Origin: an uncultured Chloroflexia bacterium
GTDB lineage: Bacteria > Chloroflexota > Ktedonobacteria > Ktedonobacterales > JADMIN01
Reading direction: 5' to 3'
NCBI GenBank assembly: GCA_963718915.1
Contig: CAVRAI010000004.1
Span: forward strand, 600,001 to 632,000
DNA length: 32,000 bases
The first letter of the stretch is position 1. The number at the start of each line of letters is the position of its first letter. Of the stretch, positions 24,798-32,000 are shown piece by piece. Position numbers and translations under genes: made by a program. The notes under the pieces are model-generated. The model ran no database searches. It was not told the origin of the DNA and saw nothing but the letters and a program-made list of their open reading frames with translations.

Positions 24798-25730
24798 ATG
24801 TCGAGATGTTCGCTTGTCACGGGTGGCGCTGGATTCATCGGATCGCATATCGCGCAGGCGCTCCTGGAGCGTGGAGAGCGAGTCCGCATCTTCGACAATC
24901 TCTCAACCGGGCGAACGAGCAATCTTGACGTGCTGCATGGCGACGTGGAACTGATTCAGGCGGATCTACGCGATGTAGAGGCTGTGCGCGCCGCAATGGA
25001 AGATGTGGACGTGGTATATCACCAGGCGGCTGTAGCGTCGGTTCCAGAGTCTCTTGCCAACCCAGCCATGACGCTCGATGTCAACGTCAGTGGGACACAG
25101 AATGTCTTACTGGCGGCGCGGGATTATGGCGTGCGGCGGGTCGTCTTTGCCAGTTCATGCGCACTCTACGGCGAGCGCCCAGCAATGCCATCCCATGAAG
25201 CGCTGCTCCCCAATCCACTTTCGCCATACGCGGTGCACAAGCTCACTGGCGAGGGATTGTGTAGTGTGTTCACTCGCACGTTTGGCCTGGAGACGGTGGC
25301 TTTACGCTATTTCAACGTGTTCGGGCCGCGCCAGGATCCCGCATCGGATTATGCCGCCGCTATCCCGAAATTGACGCGTGCGCTGGCGCGAGGCGCTAAT
25401 CCGGTGGTTTTCGGCGATGGCGAGCAGACGCGAGACTTTGTCTACGTGCGGAATGTCGCGCAGGCAAATCTCCTGGCGGCAGACTCTCCAGCTGCCGTGG
25501 GCCAGGTGATCAATATCGGCAGCGGCGAATCTATCTCGATCAATGACATGCTGCGTGTCGCCGCCGGCCTGCTCGGCGTCCCGCTTTACCCCGAATACCG
25601 CGAACCGCGCGCGGGAGATGTTCGGCACAGTCGCGCGGACATATCACGTGCGAAGGCATTGCTTGGCTACGAGCCGAGCGTGGGGTTCCGCGATGGGCTG
25701 GCGCTCACTATTGAAAGCTTGATGGCGTAA
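24798..25730 (+). CDS. NAD-dependent sugar epimerase/dehydratase (extended SDR, UDP-glucose 4-epimerase-like)
   Basis: VTGGAGFIGSH Rossmann motif and YAVHK (YxxxK) catalytic motif. AGGGAGAG sits before the ATG. Confidence 0.88.
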   Translation: MSRCSLVTGGAGFIGSHIAQALLERGERVRIFDNLSTGRTSNLDVLHGDVELIQADLRDVEAVRAAMEDVDVVYHQAAVASVPESLANPAMTLDVNVSGTQNVLLAARDYGVRRVVFASSCALYGERPAMPSHEALLPNPLSPYAVHKLTGEGLCSVFTRTFGLETVALRYFNVFGPRQDPASDYAAAIPKLTRALARGANPVVFGDGEQTRDFVYVRNVAQANLLAADSPAAVGQVINIGSGESISINDMLRVAAGLLGVPLYPEYREPRAGDVRHSRADISRAKALLGYEPSVGFRDGLALTIESLMA

Positions 25731-25766
25731 GGTTGAATATCAGACGGGATGAGGGTTTGGTTGCCA

Positions 25767-27320
25767 TCACAGCGTGGCGAGTGGTATCGTTGTGGCCGCC
25801 TGCTCCGCCTGCTTCGGCGCGCCCTGTAGCGTGAAGCGGAAGTTCGAGCCTTCTCCCGGTTTGCCGGTGCTGTCTACCCAGATGCGCCCGCCCATTGCCT
25901 CCACCAGCACGCGGCAGAGATATAGGCCAACGCCCGTCCCGCGCACAGGTCCAGCGATATCGCGTTCGAGCCGCACAAAACGCTGAAACAGCTTTGAGGC
26001 GTCCCGTGAGGGAACACCGAGGCCATAGTCGCGCACACTCACCTCAACGTTGGGCATCGTTGGGCCGCCGGGCGAGGCATTGAGGGAAGTTGAGGCCGCA
26101 GGCTTGCGCGCGCCTCGCTTCGAGGCCAACGCCCTCGCGGAAATCAGAATGGGAGTGGTTGCGTCGGAATACTTAAGCGCATTGGTCAGCAGATTGATGA
26201 GTACCTGGCGCACTCGGTCTTCATCAGCCATCACCCACAAGTCCTCTGGAATCTCGATGTTGATATTCCGCGATTGCGACGCGATGTCTTCCAATCCTGG
26301 CTCTCCGACGAGCCGTGGATCGAATGTCTCAACCACCGAACGCACGACACGCTCCAGCGCCACTGGCTGCGCGTGGATCTGCGGTGGGCCGCTCTGCAGC
26401 GCGCCCGTGTCGAGCACAGTGGCAAGCAGACGCAGCACGGCTTTTCCCGAGGTGAGGGCGCGAGTCAGCAGCCGTTCACGCTGTTCGGCGGTTGCTTTAT
26501 CGCCAAGCAAGTTTAGGATCTCGATATTGTTGTACCAGGTCATGATTGGGGTGCGCAGTTCATGGTTGGCGGCGATGAGAAACTGATCCTTGAGCGCCGT
26601 CAGCTCGCGCTCGCGTTCGATGGCGCGCCTGGCCCCCGCGATGTTGGCGCGTGCTGTGCGCGCATACATCCAGCCCAATACGGCGGCGAGCGCTTGATTG
26701 GCTACGAGCAGCACCAGCGCCTCCAGACGAAACGTTAAGGGGTCGCCGCTGAGGCGCCCAAGATCGGACGAAACGGGCGTGAGCAGAACTCCTGAAATCG
26801 TGGTTCCGACGAGAACTACCGCCGCTACCCAGATAACCCACATCGGCAGCACAAGGCCCGCAATCAGCGCCACAACCGCAAGCAACGCATAAAGCAGCAG
26901 GCTACGTATATCCAGGCCCTGTGGATTGAAAAGCGTAAATGAAAGCCCCAGCATGAGGCTGCCAAAGACAAAAAAGATGCCTGCCGCCGTGGCTCCCCAG
27001 TAGATACTGACAATCAGACAGAGACACGTGAGCACCAGTTCGCTGAGAAGTGTGCTGAAAAAAACGATGTCGGTGTTGGTAATCAACGCAACTGGAATCA
27101 CGAGCAGACAGAGTCCCGCGACGATGCTATACAAAATGAGTTGCAACAGACCTGCCCGCCTTCGGGCCTCCAACTGGTCAAGCGGGAGCGCGAGGAGATC
27201 GGCAGGCAACGGCAGGAACGGTTCGGTGAAAACGGCGCGCAGGATTGCCATGCGACGACGCACATGCACGCGACGTCCCAGGCTGGTGATGTGATGCTCT
27301 GGCAACTCGGGCGTGTCCAT
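25767..27320 (-). CDS. Sensor histidine kinase with polytopic (about 6-TM) N-terminal membrane domain
   Basis: H-box NHELRTPI, N-box LINLLTNALKYS, G-boxes DYGLGV and GTGVGLYLCR. The N-terminal 200 aa are hydrophobic helices with short loops. GGAGGT sits 8 nt before the ATG. Confidence 0.88.
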   Translation of the reverse strand: MDTPELPEHHITSLGRRVHVRRRMAILRAVFTEPFLPLPADLLALPLDQLEARRRAGLLQLILYSIVAGLCLLVIPVALITNTDIVFFSTLLSELVLTCLCLIVSIYWGATAAGIFFVFGSLMLGLSFTLFNPQGLDIRSLLLYALLAVVALIAGLVLPMWVIWVAAVVLVGTTISGVLLTPVSSDLGRLSGDPLTFRLEALVLLVANQALAAVLGWMYARTARANIAGARRAIERERELTALKDQFLIAANHELRTPIMTWYNNIEILNLLGDKATAEQRERLLTRALTSGKAVLRLLATVLDTGALQSGPPQIHAQPVALERVVRSVVETFDPRLVGEPGLEDIASQSRNINIEIPEDLWVMADEDRVRQVLINLLTNALKYSDATTPILISARALASKRGARKPAASTSLNASPGGPTMPNVEVSVRDYGLGVPSRDASKLFQRFVRLERDIAGPVRGTGVGLYLCRVLVEAMGGRIWVDSTGKPGEGSNFRFTLQGAPKQAEQAATTIPLATL

Positions 27321-27413
27321 GACGCTTTACCTCCGCGCATTCATGATGCGTTACCGCATACTATCCGGCGAGCCAGTGACCGCAAGCGCCTGTGACCCGC
27401 GACCTATCATGAC

Positions 27414-27866
27414 TCAGTTGGATCCAAGCACCTGTCTGAAATGGCTCAGTCGCTGAACGTGGTAGCGCAGTTGGTCGGCAGTAATGGGTTTGATCAGGTA
27501 GTCGTCAGCGCCAGATTCGAACGCAGCGATCTTGTCATTGACGCTCGTTCGGAGCGTGAGCACCAGCAGGAGTGTGTGTCGCAGGGATGGCGCGGCGTGC
27601 AATTGCGTGAGAATTGGCCAACCCGACGTTTCCTGCCGATCGAAGTCATACAGAAGGATATCCGGACGCCGGACTTCACTCGCGGCGAGCGCAGCCTCCC
27701 ATGAAAGAGTGACAACAACCGATGCCATTGACCCAAGAACCGCCGCCATGCTTTCGCCCATCCGCTGATCATCAGAAAGGACAAGGACAGAAAGGGCGTG
27801 GCGTGCGCGTGACAGGAACGGCAATAGCCGGGCCAGACCAGTGGCGCGATTTTCCTGATTCGACAT
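27414..27866 (-). CDS. Stand-alone response-regulator receiver domain protein (divergent)
   Basis: VLVLSDD, DILLYDFD, LVLT and YLIKP occupy the positions of the receiver acidic pocket, phospho-Asp, Thr and Lys. No output domain. Start set to ATG 27866 (GAGAGG upstream) rather than GTG 27878. Confidence 0.72.
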   Translation of the reverse strand: MSNQENRATGLARLLPFLSRARHALSVLVLSDDQRMGESMAAVLGSMASVVVTLSWEAALAASEVRRPDILLYDFDRQETSGWPILTQLHAAPSLRHTLLLVLTLRTSVNDKIAAFESGADDYLIKPITADQLRYHVQRLSHFRQVLGSN

Positions 27867-27883
27867 TCGACCTCTCACTTCGC

Positions 27884-28321
27884 CTACGGTTCATCAGCAA
27901 GGAGGCGCATTTGTTCCGCCCGTTGCTCCATGGTGCGGTTAATTGCGGTATCAATCGCCGCCAGCAGCTCAGTAATCTCCACAGGCTTGAGCAAATAGAC
28001 ATCGGCGCCTGAAAGGAATCCAGCGAGTTGTTCGTGGTCCTGAACCAGGGCGCTTAGAATAATGATGGGAATCTCGGCCGTTTCCGGATCGCCGCGCATT
28101 GCCCGTACAAACTGGTAGCCATTCAGGCGCGGCATGCGCACGTCTACGACGACGCAGTCAGGTAAAGACTCGTAAAAGCTGTGGAGACCTTCGGCTCCGT
28201 CTGAGGCGATAACGACCTCATAATCCCCCACGAGTTGCAGTCCGTCGGCGAGCGTCGCTACGACGGCAGGATCATCATCGATGACAAGCACTTTACGTCG
28301 CTCGGAGTGTGGATTCGTCAT
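27884..28321 (-). CDS. Stand-alone CheY-like response-regulator receiver protein
   Basis: VLVIDDD, VVVDVRMPRLNG, IIILSA and LLKP are canonical receiver residues. 145 aa, no output domain. Confidence 0.88.
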   Translation of the reverse strand: MTNPHSERRKVLVIDDDPAVVATLADGLQLVGDYEVVIASDGAEGLHSFYESLPDCVVVDVRMPRLNGYQFVRAMRGDPETAEIPIIILSALVQDHEQLAGFLSGADVYLLKPVEITELLAAIDTAINRTMEQRAEQMRLLADEP

Positions 28322-28653
28322 AATCCCTCGCGCCTCACTCCCTGGAGCAGTTTCGTCTATCAGCGCCTCGCGCCATGACTCGTCGTCTGCGAGACACAGC
28401 TACCAAACGCTGGCGATGGTCGTAGGATACAGTACTGTGGATAGCTTGTCTTACTAAGCCAGATGCTCAATCAGACCCGCGGTTGCTCGCGTCCGACGCC
28501 ACAAAGCAAGAGAACCTTTCTGGCGGACAGTGGCACTATTATAGCAGGGGAGGCAATATATCGTACAGCGATTGATTGGCGGATAGGTAGATGGTGTGGC
28601 AGGGGTGATTGACAACCATACGCCGCGATGAATAGTAGAGGTGTTCATAGTAG

Positions 28654-28695
28654 CAAGACACGGCAGCAACAGCCTTGTTGTCACTACCGTGCTTG
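28654..28695 (-). terminator. Compound hairpin 32 nt after the ABC exporter stop (no U-tract)
   Basis: Minus strand CAAGCACGG...CAACA-aggc-TGTTG...CCGTG(T)CTTG: a 9-bp outer helix with one bulge plus a 5-bp inner helix. Confidence 0.45.
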
Positions 28696-28726
28696 TTTAG
28701 ATGCTGATCTTACTCGTGGCCGATTC

Positions 28727-30628
28727 TTACTGGGCTAGCGCGTCCAGCACCTGCTCCTGAACCGCGAACTGGCTGTTATAGAGTGTGGCATAGAATCCAC
28801 CCTGTTCCAGCAGGTCTTCGTGCGTGCCCTGTTCGATGATGCGTCCATGGTTCATCACCAGAATCATGTCTGCATCGCGAATCGTCGAAAGCCGGTGCGC
28901 AATGACGAAGCTCGTGCGCCCCCTCATCAGTTCTCGCATCGCTTTCTGGATCAGAATCTCGGTGCGAGTATCCACGCTGCTGGTCGCCTCGTCCAGAATC
29001 AGAACCTCCGGGTCGGCCAGGACCGCGCGGGCGATAGTCAGGAGCTGCTTCTGCCCTTGGGAGAGGTTGGTCGCGTCCTGATTGAGCACGGTATCGTAGC
29101 TCTCTGGCAATGTGCGGATGAAGTGGTCGGCCTGCGACGCCACCGCCGCCTGCACGATCTCCGCTTCGGTCGCGTTCTCACGTCCGTAGGCGATATTTTC
29201 GCGGATAGTTCCGTTAAAGAGCCAGGTATCCTGAAGCACCATGCCAAACATGCGGCGCAGATCGCCGCGGCGCATCTCCCGGATGTCTGTGCCATCCACA
29301 AGAATCTGGCCGCTGTCGAGATCGTAGAACCGCATCAGCAGGTTGACCAGGGTGGTCTTGCCCGCGCCTGTCGGCCCCACGATTGCAATCGTCTGGCCTG
29401 GTTGCACGTCGATGTTCATGTCCTCAATCAAGGGCACATCGGCGCTATAGCCAAAGTTGGCATCGACGAACTGCACCGCGCCCCGCGGTTCCAAAATCTC
29501 TGCGGCTGGCATCGGGTCCGGTATCTCTTCCGCCTCGTCGAGCAACTCGAAGACACGCTCGGCGGAAGCAATGGTCAACTGGATCGAGTTGGTTATCGCG
29601 GCAAGTTGGGTGATGGGCTGTGTGAACTGCCGCGAATACTGAATGAACGCCTGGATGTCGCCGAGCTGGATGGCATTGCGTGTGACCATGATGCCACCGA
29701 TAACGGCGACGAAGACGTAGCCGACGTTGCCAATGCTCATCATCAGCGGCATAATCATGCCCGAGACGAACTGCGCTCGCCAGCCTGCCTCATAGAGTTT
29801 GTCATTGCGCTCGTTGAACATGGCAATCGACTTGCTCTCGCCACCAAACGCCTTGACGATCTTATGGCCGTTATACATTTCCTCGACGTGCCCATTCAGC
29901 TCGCCCAAAACTCGTTGCTGGCGCGCGAAGTAGGTCTGCGAGCGCTTCGCGATGATTGTGGTGACGACGATGCTCAATGGGAGCGTGACGACGACCACCA
30001 GCGTCAGCAACGGGCTGATCGTCAGCATCATGATGATGACGCCGATGACCGTTACGACAGATGTGATCAACTGCGTCAGGTTCTGTTGCAGCGTGGTGCT
30101 GATGTTGTCCATGTCGTTGACCGCGCGGCTGAGAATCTCGCCGTGCGTCCGCGAGTCATAGTAGCGGAGCGGCAGGTGGGCAAGCTTCTCGTCTACCTGC
30201 CTGCGCATCTGATAGACCGTCTTCTGCGCTACACCAGCCATGATGAACTGCTGGATGTAGCCAAAGATCGAGCTAATGAGATACAGCCCGGCCAGGATCA
30301 GCAAAATGCGGTCGATATAGGCGAAATCGATGGTGGCGCCGGGAACATGCTGGAGCTTCAGCACGAATCCATCGAAGAGTTTCGTGATCGCGAGGCCAAG
30401 GATCTTCGGGCCGACGATAGTGAAAATGGTGCTGAGTATCGCCGCCACCAGTACCGCGATCAGATAATACTTCTGCGGCCCAAAGTAGCGGAGCAGGCGG
30501 AAGAGTGTTCCACGGAAGTCCTTGGCCTTCTGCACTGGCATGCCGAAGCCACCGCGCGGGCCAAACATCATTGGCCCCTGCTGCTGTCGTCTGGCTGTAG
30601 AAGGTGACGTGCTTTGATTCTGGCTCAT
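28727..30628 (-). CDS. ABC exporter half-transporter (TMD-NBD), consensus-ATPase subunit of a heterodimer
   Basis: Six-TM type I exporter domain. Walker A GPTGAGKT, Walker B VLILDEATSSVD, H-loop IAHR, but signature LSQGQ. The ATG overlaps the upstream stop (ATGA). Confidence 0.92.
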   Translation of the reverse strand: MSQNQSTSPSTARRQQQGPMMFGPRGGFGMPVQKAKDFRGTLFRLLRYFGPQKYYLIAVLVAAILSTIFTIVGPKILGLAITKLFDGFVLKLQHVPGATIDFAYIDRILLILAGLYLISSIFGYIQQFIMAGVAQKTVYQMRRQVDEKLAHLPLRYYDSRTHGEILSRAVNDMDNISTTLQQNLTQLITSVVTVIGVIIMMLTISPLLTLVVVVTLPLSIVVTTIIAKRSQTYFARQQRVLGELNGHVEEMYNGHKIVKAFGGESKSIAMFNERNDKLYEAGWRAQFVSGMIMPLMMSIGNVGYVFVAVIGGIMVTRNAIQLGDIQAFIQYSRQFTQPITQLAAITNSIQLTIASAERVFELLDEAEEIPDPMPAAEILEPRGAVQFVDANFGYSADVPLIEDMNIDVQPGQTIAIVGPTGAGKTTLVNLLMRFYDLDSGQILVDGTDIREMRRGDLRRMFGMVLQDTWLFNGTIRENIAYGRENATEAEIVQAAVASQADHFIRTLPESYDTVLNQDATNLSQGQKQLLTIARAVLADPEVLILDEATSSVDTRTEILIQKAMRELMRGRTSFVIAHRLSTIRDADMILVMNHGRIIEQGTHEDLLEQGGFYATLYNSQFAVQEQVLDALAQ

Positions 30629-32000
30629 GCGACTTCCTCCGCAGAGAGTTGCGACAGGACGATTTCGCGGTAGACTTCGCTTCGCTCCATCAAGTCGCGA
30701 TGCGCGCCGATATCCACCATCCGGCCCTCGTCGAGGACGAGAATCTGGTCGGCATCCATGATCGTGCTGACACGCTGGGCGACTATCAGCACTGTGGCGT
30801 TCGTCGTTTCATGTCGCAAGGCCGCGCGTAGTTTGGCGTCTGTGGCATAATCGAGCGCGGAAAAGCTGTCGTCGAAGATATAGACCTCAGGCTTGCGTAC
30901 CAGCGCGCGCGCAATCGAGAGCCGCTGCTTCTGGCCACCTGAGAGATTCGTCCCACCCTGCGCGACGAGCGAATCAAAGCCGTCACTCAGGGTGCTCACG
31001 AATTCCGTGGCCTGCGCGACATCAGCCGCGTGGCGCACCTCCGCATCGGAGGCGTTCTCGTTACCGTAGCGAATGTTCTCGGCGACGGTGCCTGAGAAGA
31101 TCACCGCGGTCTGAGGTATCAGCCCCATTTTGGCGCGCAGCTCATCTTGCGAAAGCGCGCGCACGTCGACGTCGTCAACCAGCACCCTTCCGCTATCCAC
31201 ATCGTAGAACCGTGGAATCAGCGAGATGAGCGTGGACTTGCCAGCGCCTGTGCCGCCAATGATCGCCGTCACTTGGCCTGGCTGCGCCCGGAAAGAGATG
31301 TGCGATAGCGCTGGCTCTTCAGCGCCGGGATAGCTGAACGTAACGTCGTCGAACTCCACGTATCCAGATGCCAGGGATGTGTGTCGTGTATCTGGAGCAT
31401 CCGTGATCTCCGGGTTTATCGCCAGCACCTCATTGATGCGGGCTGCGGAGGCGGCGGCACGTGGCAGCATGATGAACATTGCCGAGAGCATCAGCATGGC
31501 GAAGAGTATCTGCATCGCATACTGCATGAAGGCGATTAGCGCGCCCACCTGCATCTCGCCATTGTTGATGCGGATGCTGCCAAACCAGACGATGGCGACG
31601 GTCGAGATGTTGAGCACGAGCATCATCAGCGGCCAGAGCACAGCAACGATGCGGTTGACGGTGATGGCGACGTTGGTCAGGTCGCGGTTGGCGACATCGA
31701 ACCGCTGCTCTTCATAGCCGTTGCGGTCGAAGGCACGGATGACGCGCGTGCCGGTCAGTCCCTCATCGAGAATCAGGTTGAGGCGGTCGAGCTTCTTCTG
31801 CATTGATGTGAAGAGCGGAATCGCCCGGTTAAAGATCAGGAAGATCGCGATCACCAGGAATGGAACGGCCACCACCAGAATCCAGGCTAGTGTCCTGTCC
31901 TCCGAGAGCGCCATGATGATGCCGCCAATTGCCATCATCGGCGCGGTCACCATCATCGTCATCATGATGACGAGTACCTGCTGTACCTGATTGGTATCGT
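30625..32000 (-). CDS. ABC exporter half-transporter (TMD-NBD), degenerate-site subunit; 5' end lies beyond the window
   Basis: The reading frame stays open to the window edge (…DTNQVQQVLVIMMTMM…). Walker A GGTGAGKST and signature LSGGQ are canonical. Walker B reads IFDDSFSALD (Asp for the catalytic Glu) and the H-loop reads VAQR (Gln for His). Confidence 0.9.
   Translation of the reverse strand, partial: DTNQVQQVLVIMMTMMVTAPMMAIGGIIMALSEDRTLAWILVVAVPFLVIAIFLIFNRAIPLFTSMQKKLDRLNLILDEGLTGTRVIRAFDRNGYEEQRFDVANRDLTNVAITVNRIVAVLWPLMMLVLNISTVAIVWFGSIRINNGEMQVGALIAFMQYAMQILFAMLMLSAMFIMLPRAAASAARINEVLAINPEITDAPDTRHTSLASGYVEFDDVTFSYPGAEEPALSHISFRAQPGQVTAIIGGTGAGKSTLISLIPRFYDVDSGRVLVDDVDVRALSQDELRAKMGLIPQTAVIFSGTVAENIRYGNENASDAEVRHAADVAQATEFVSTLSDGFDSLVAQGGTNLSGGQKQRLSIARALVRKPEVYIFDDSFSALDYATDAKLRAALRHETTNATVLIVAQRVSTIMDADQILVLDEGRMVDIGAHRDLMERSEVYREIVLSQLSAEEVA

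Noticed and set aside
23648-24922. 424-aa minus-strand ORF overlapping the molybdoenzyme large subunit and the epimerase start
   Set aside because: It is antisense to two well-supported genes and has an Arg-rich, shadow-ORF composition with no recognisable domain.
21814-25730. tRNA-Ser as an integration site for a genomic island
   Set aside because: There is no integrase, no recognisable direct repeat of the tRNA 3' end downstream, and no mobility genes. By eye, the composition of the flanking genes looks like the rest of the window.
27055-27065. A7/T7 homopolymer (and a nearby A6) inside the histidine kinase gene, considered as a phase-variation tract
   Set aside because: The runs simply encode Val-Phe-Phe / Phe-Phe in TM helices. 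They are short, and there is no evidence of a frameshift.
28454-28684. 76-aa Cys-containing ORF (…CTIYCLPCYNS…) between the ABC exporter and the two-component genes; considered as a RiPP/bacteriocin precursor
   Set aside because: It has a GTG start without any SD, and the internal ATG 28648 also lacks one. No modification enzyme lies in the window. The ORF spans the predicted terminator hairpin and promoter-like elements. A 34-aa plus-strand ORF (ATG at 28627) likewise lacks an SD.
28820-30607. 595-aa open frame on the plus strand, antisense to the ABC exporter gene
   Set aside because: It lies entirely inside a gene with unambiguous ABC motifs on the other strand. Long stop-free antisense frames are a known by-product of GC-rich codon usage. 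There is no SD, and the protein is Arg/His/Asp-rich low-complexity sequence.
1-32000. Scan for CRISPR arrays, rRNA, transposase/IS ends, retron/DGR-type reverse transcriptases, and toxin-antitoxin pairs
   Set aside because: I recognised none. The only tandem repeats seen are the 12-bp repeat in XPB and the 11-bp duplication upstream of sufB.

Overview
GC-rich bacterial chromosomal window. It holds about 27 intact protein genes on both strands plus one tRNA-Ser(UGA). I recognised no rRNA, CRISPR array, transposase, integrase or phage genes. The gene content is sufB-sufD-Rieske, an XPB/ERCC3-type helicase, a PAC2-family protein, GrpB/DinB/DoxX/GNAT genes, a zinc-ribbon Ser/Thr kinase and several bitopic membrane proteins with disordered N-termini. 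This fits a Chloroflexota (Ktedonobacteria-like) or Actinomycetota genome; the taxon is inference only.

Layout, left to right:
- Minus strand: APC permease, MTA phosphorylase, Ser/Thr kinase.
- Plus strand: infC standing alone.
- Minus strand: flavin reductase, divergent from sufB-sufD-Rieske on the plus strand.
- Minus-strand run: membrane protein, PAC2, XPB, alpha/beta hydrolase, small HTH.
- Plus strand: unknown membrane protein translationally coupled to a CCA/poly(A)-polymerase-family enzyme.
- A patchwork of small genes: GNAT, cyclase-family, GrpB, DinB, DoxX.
- tRNA-Ser.
- Plus strand: IorA/IorB-type molybdoenzyme, then an SDR epimerase.
- Minus strand: heterodimeric ABC exporter, a 405-bp non-coding gap, two stand-alone receiver proteins, and a polytopic histidine kinase.

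Many track ORFs are N-terminally over-extended. I re-set starts where an in-frame ATG/GTG has a clear GGAGG-like Shine-Dalgarno sequence.

I did not find a convincing, complete, previously undescribed multi-gene system. The best leads are local oddities:
- an alpha/beta hydrolase whose nucleophile serine codon reads Ala;
- an XPB helicase with a ~119-aa low-complexity tail containing a 12-bp in-frame tandem repeat;
- a cyclase-family protein with a degenerate metal motif and an unrecognised N-terminal domain;
- a suf locus without sufC/sufS/sufU and with a structured 198-bp sufB-sufD spacer;
- a triple-hairpin leader at 14.94-15.01 kb;
- a 405-bp structured non-coding gap between the ABC exporter and the RR-RR-HK genes.

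Everything is by-eye reading. No searches or folding computations were run.
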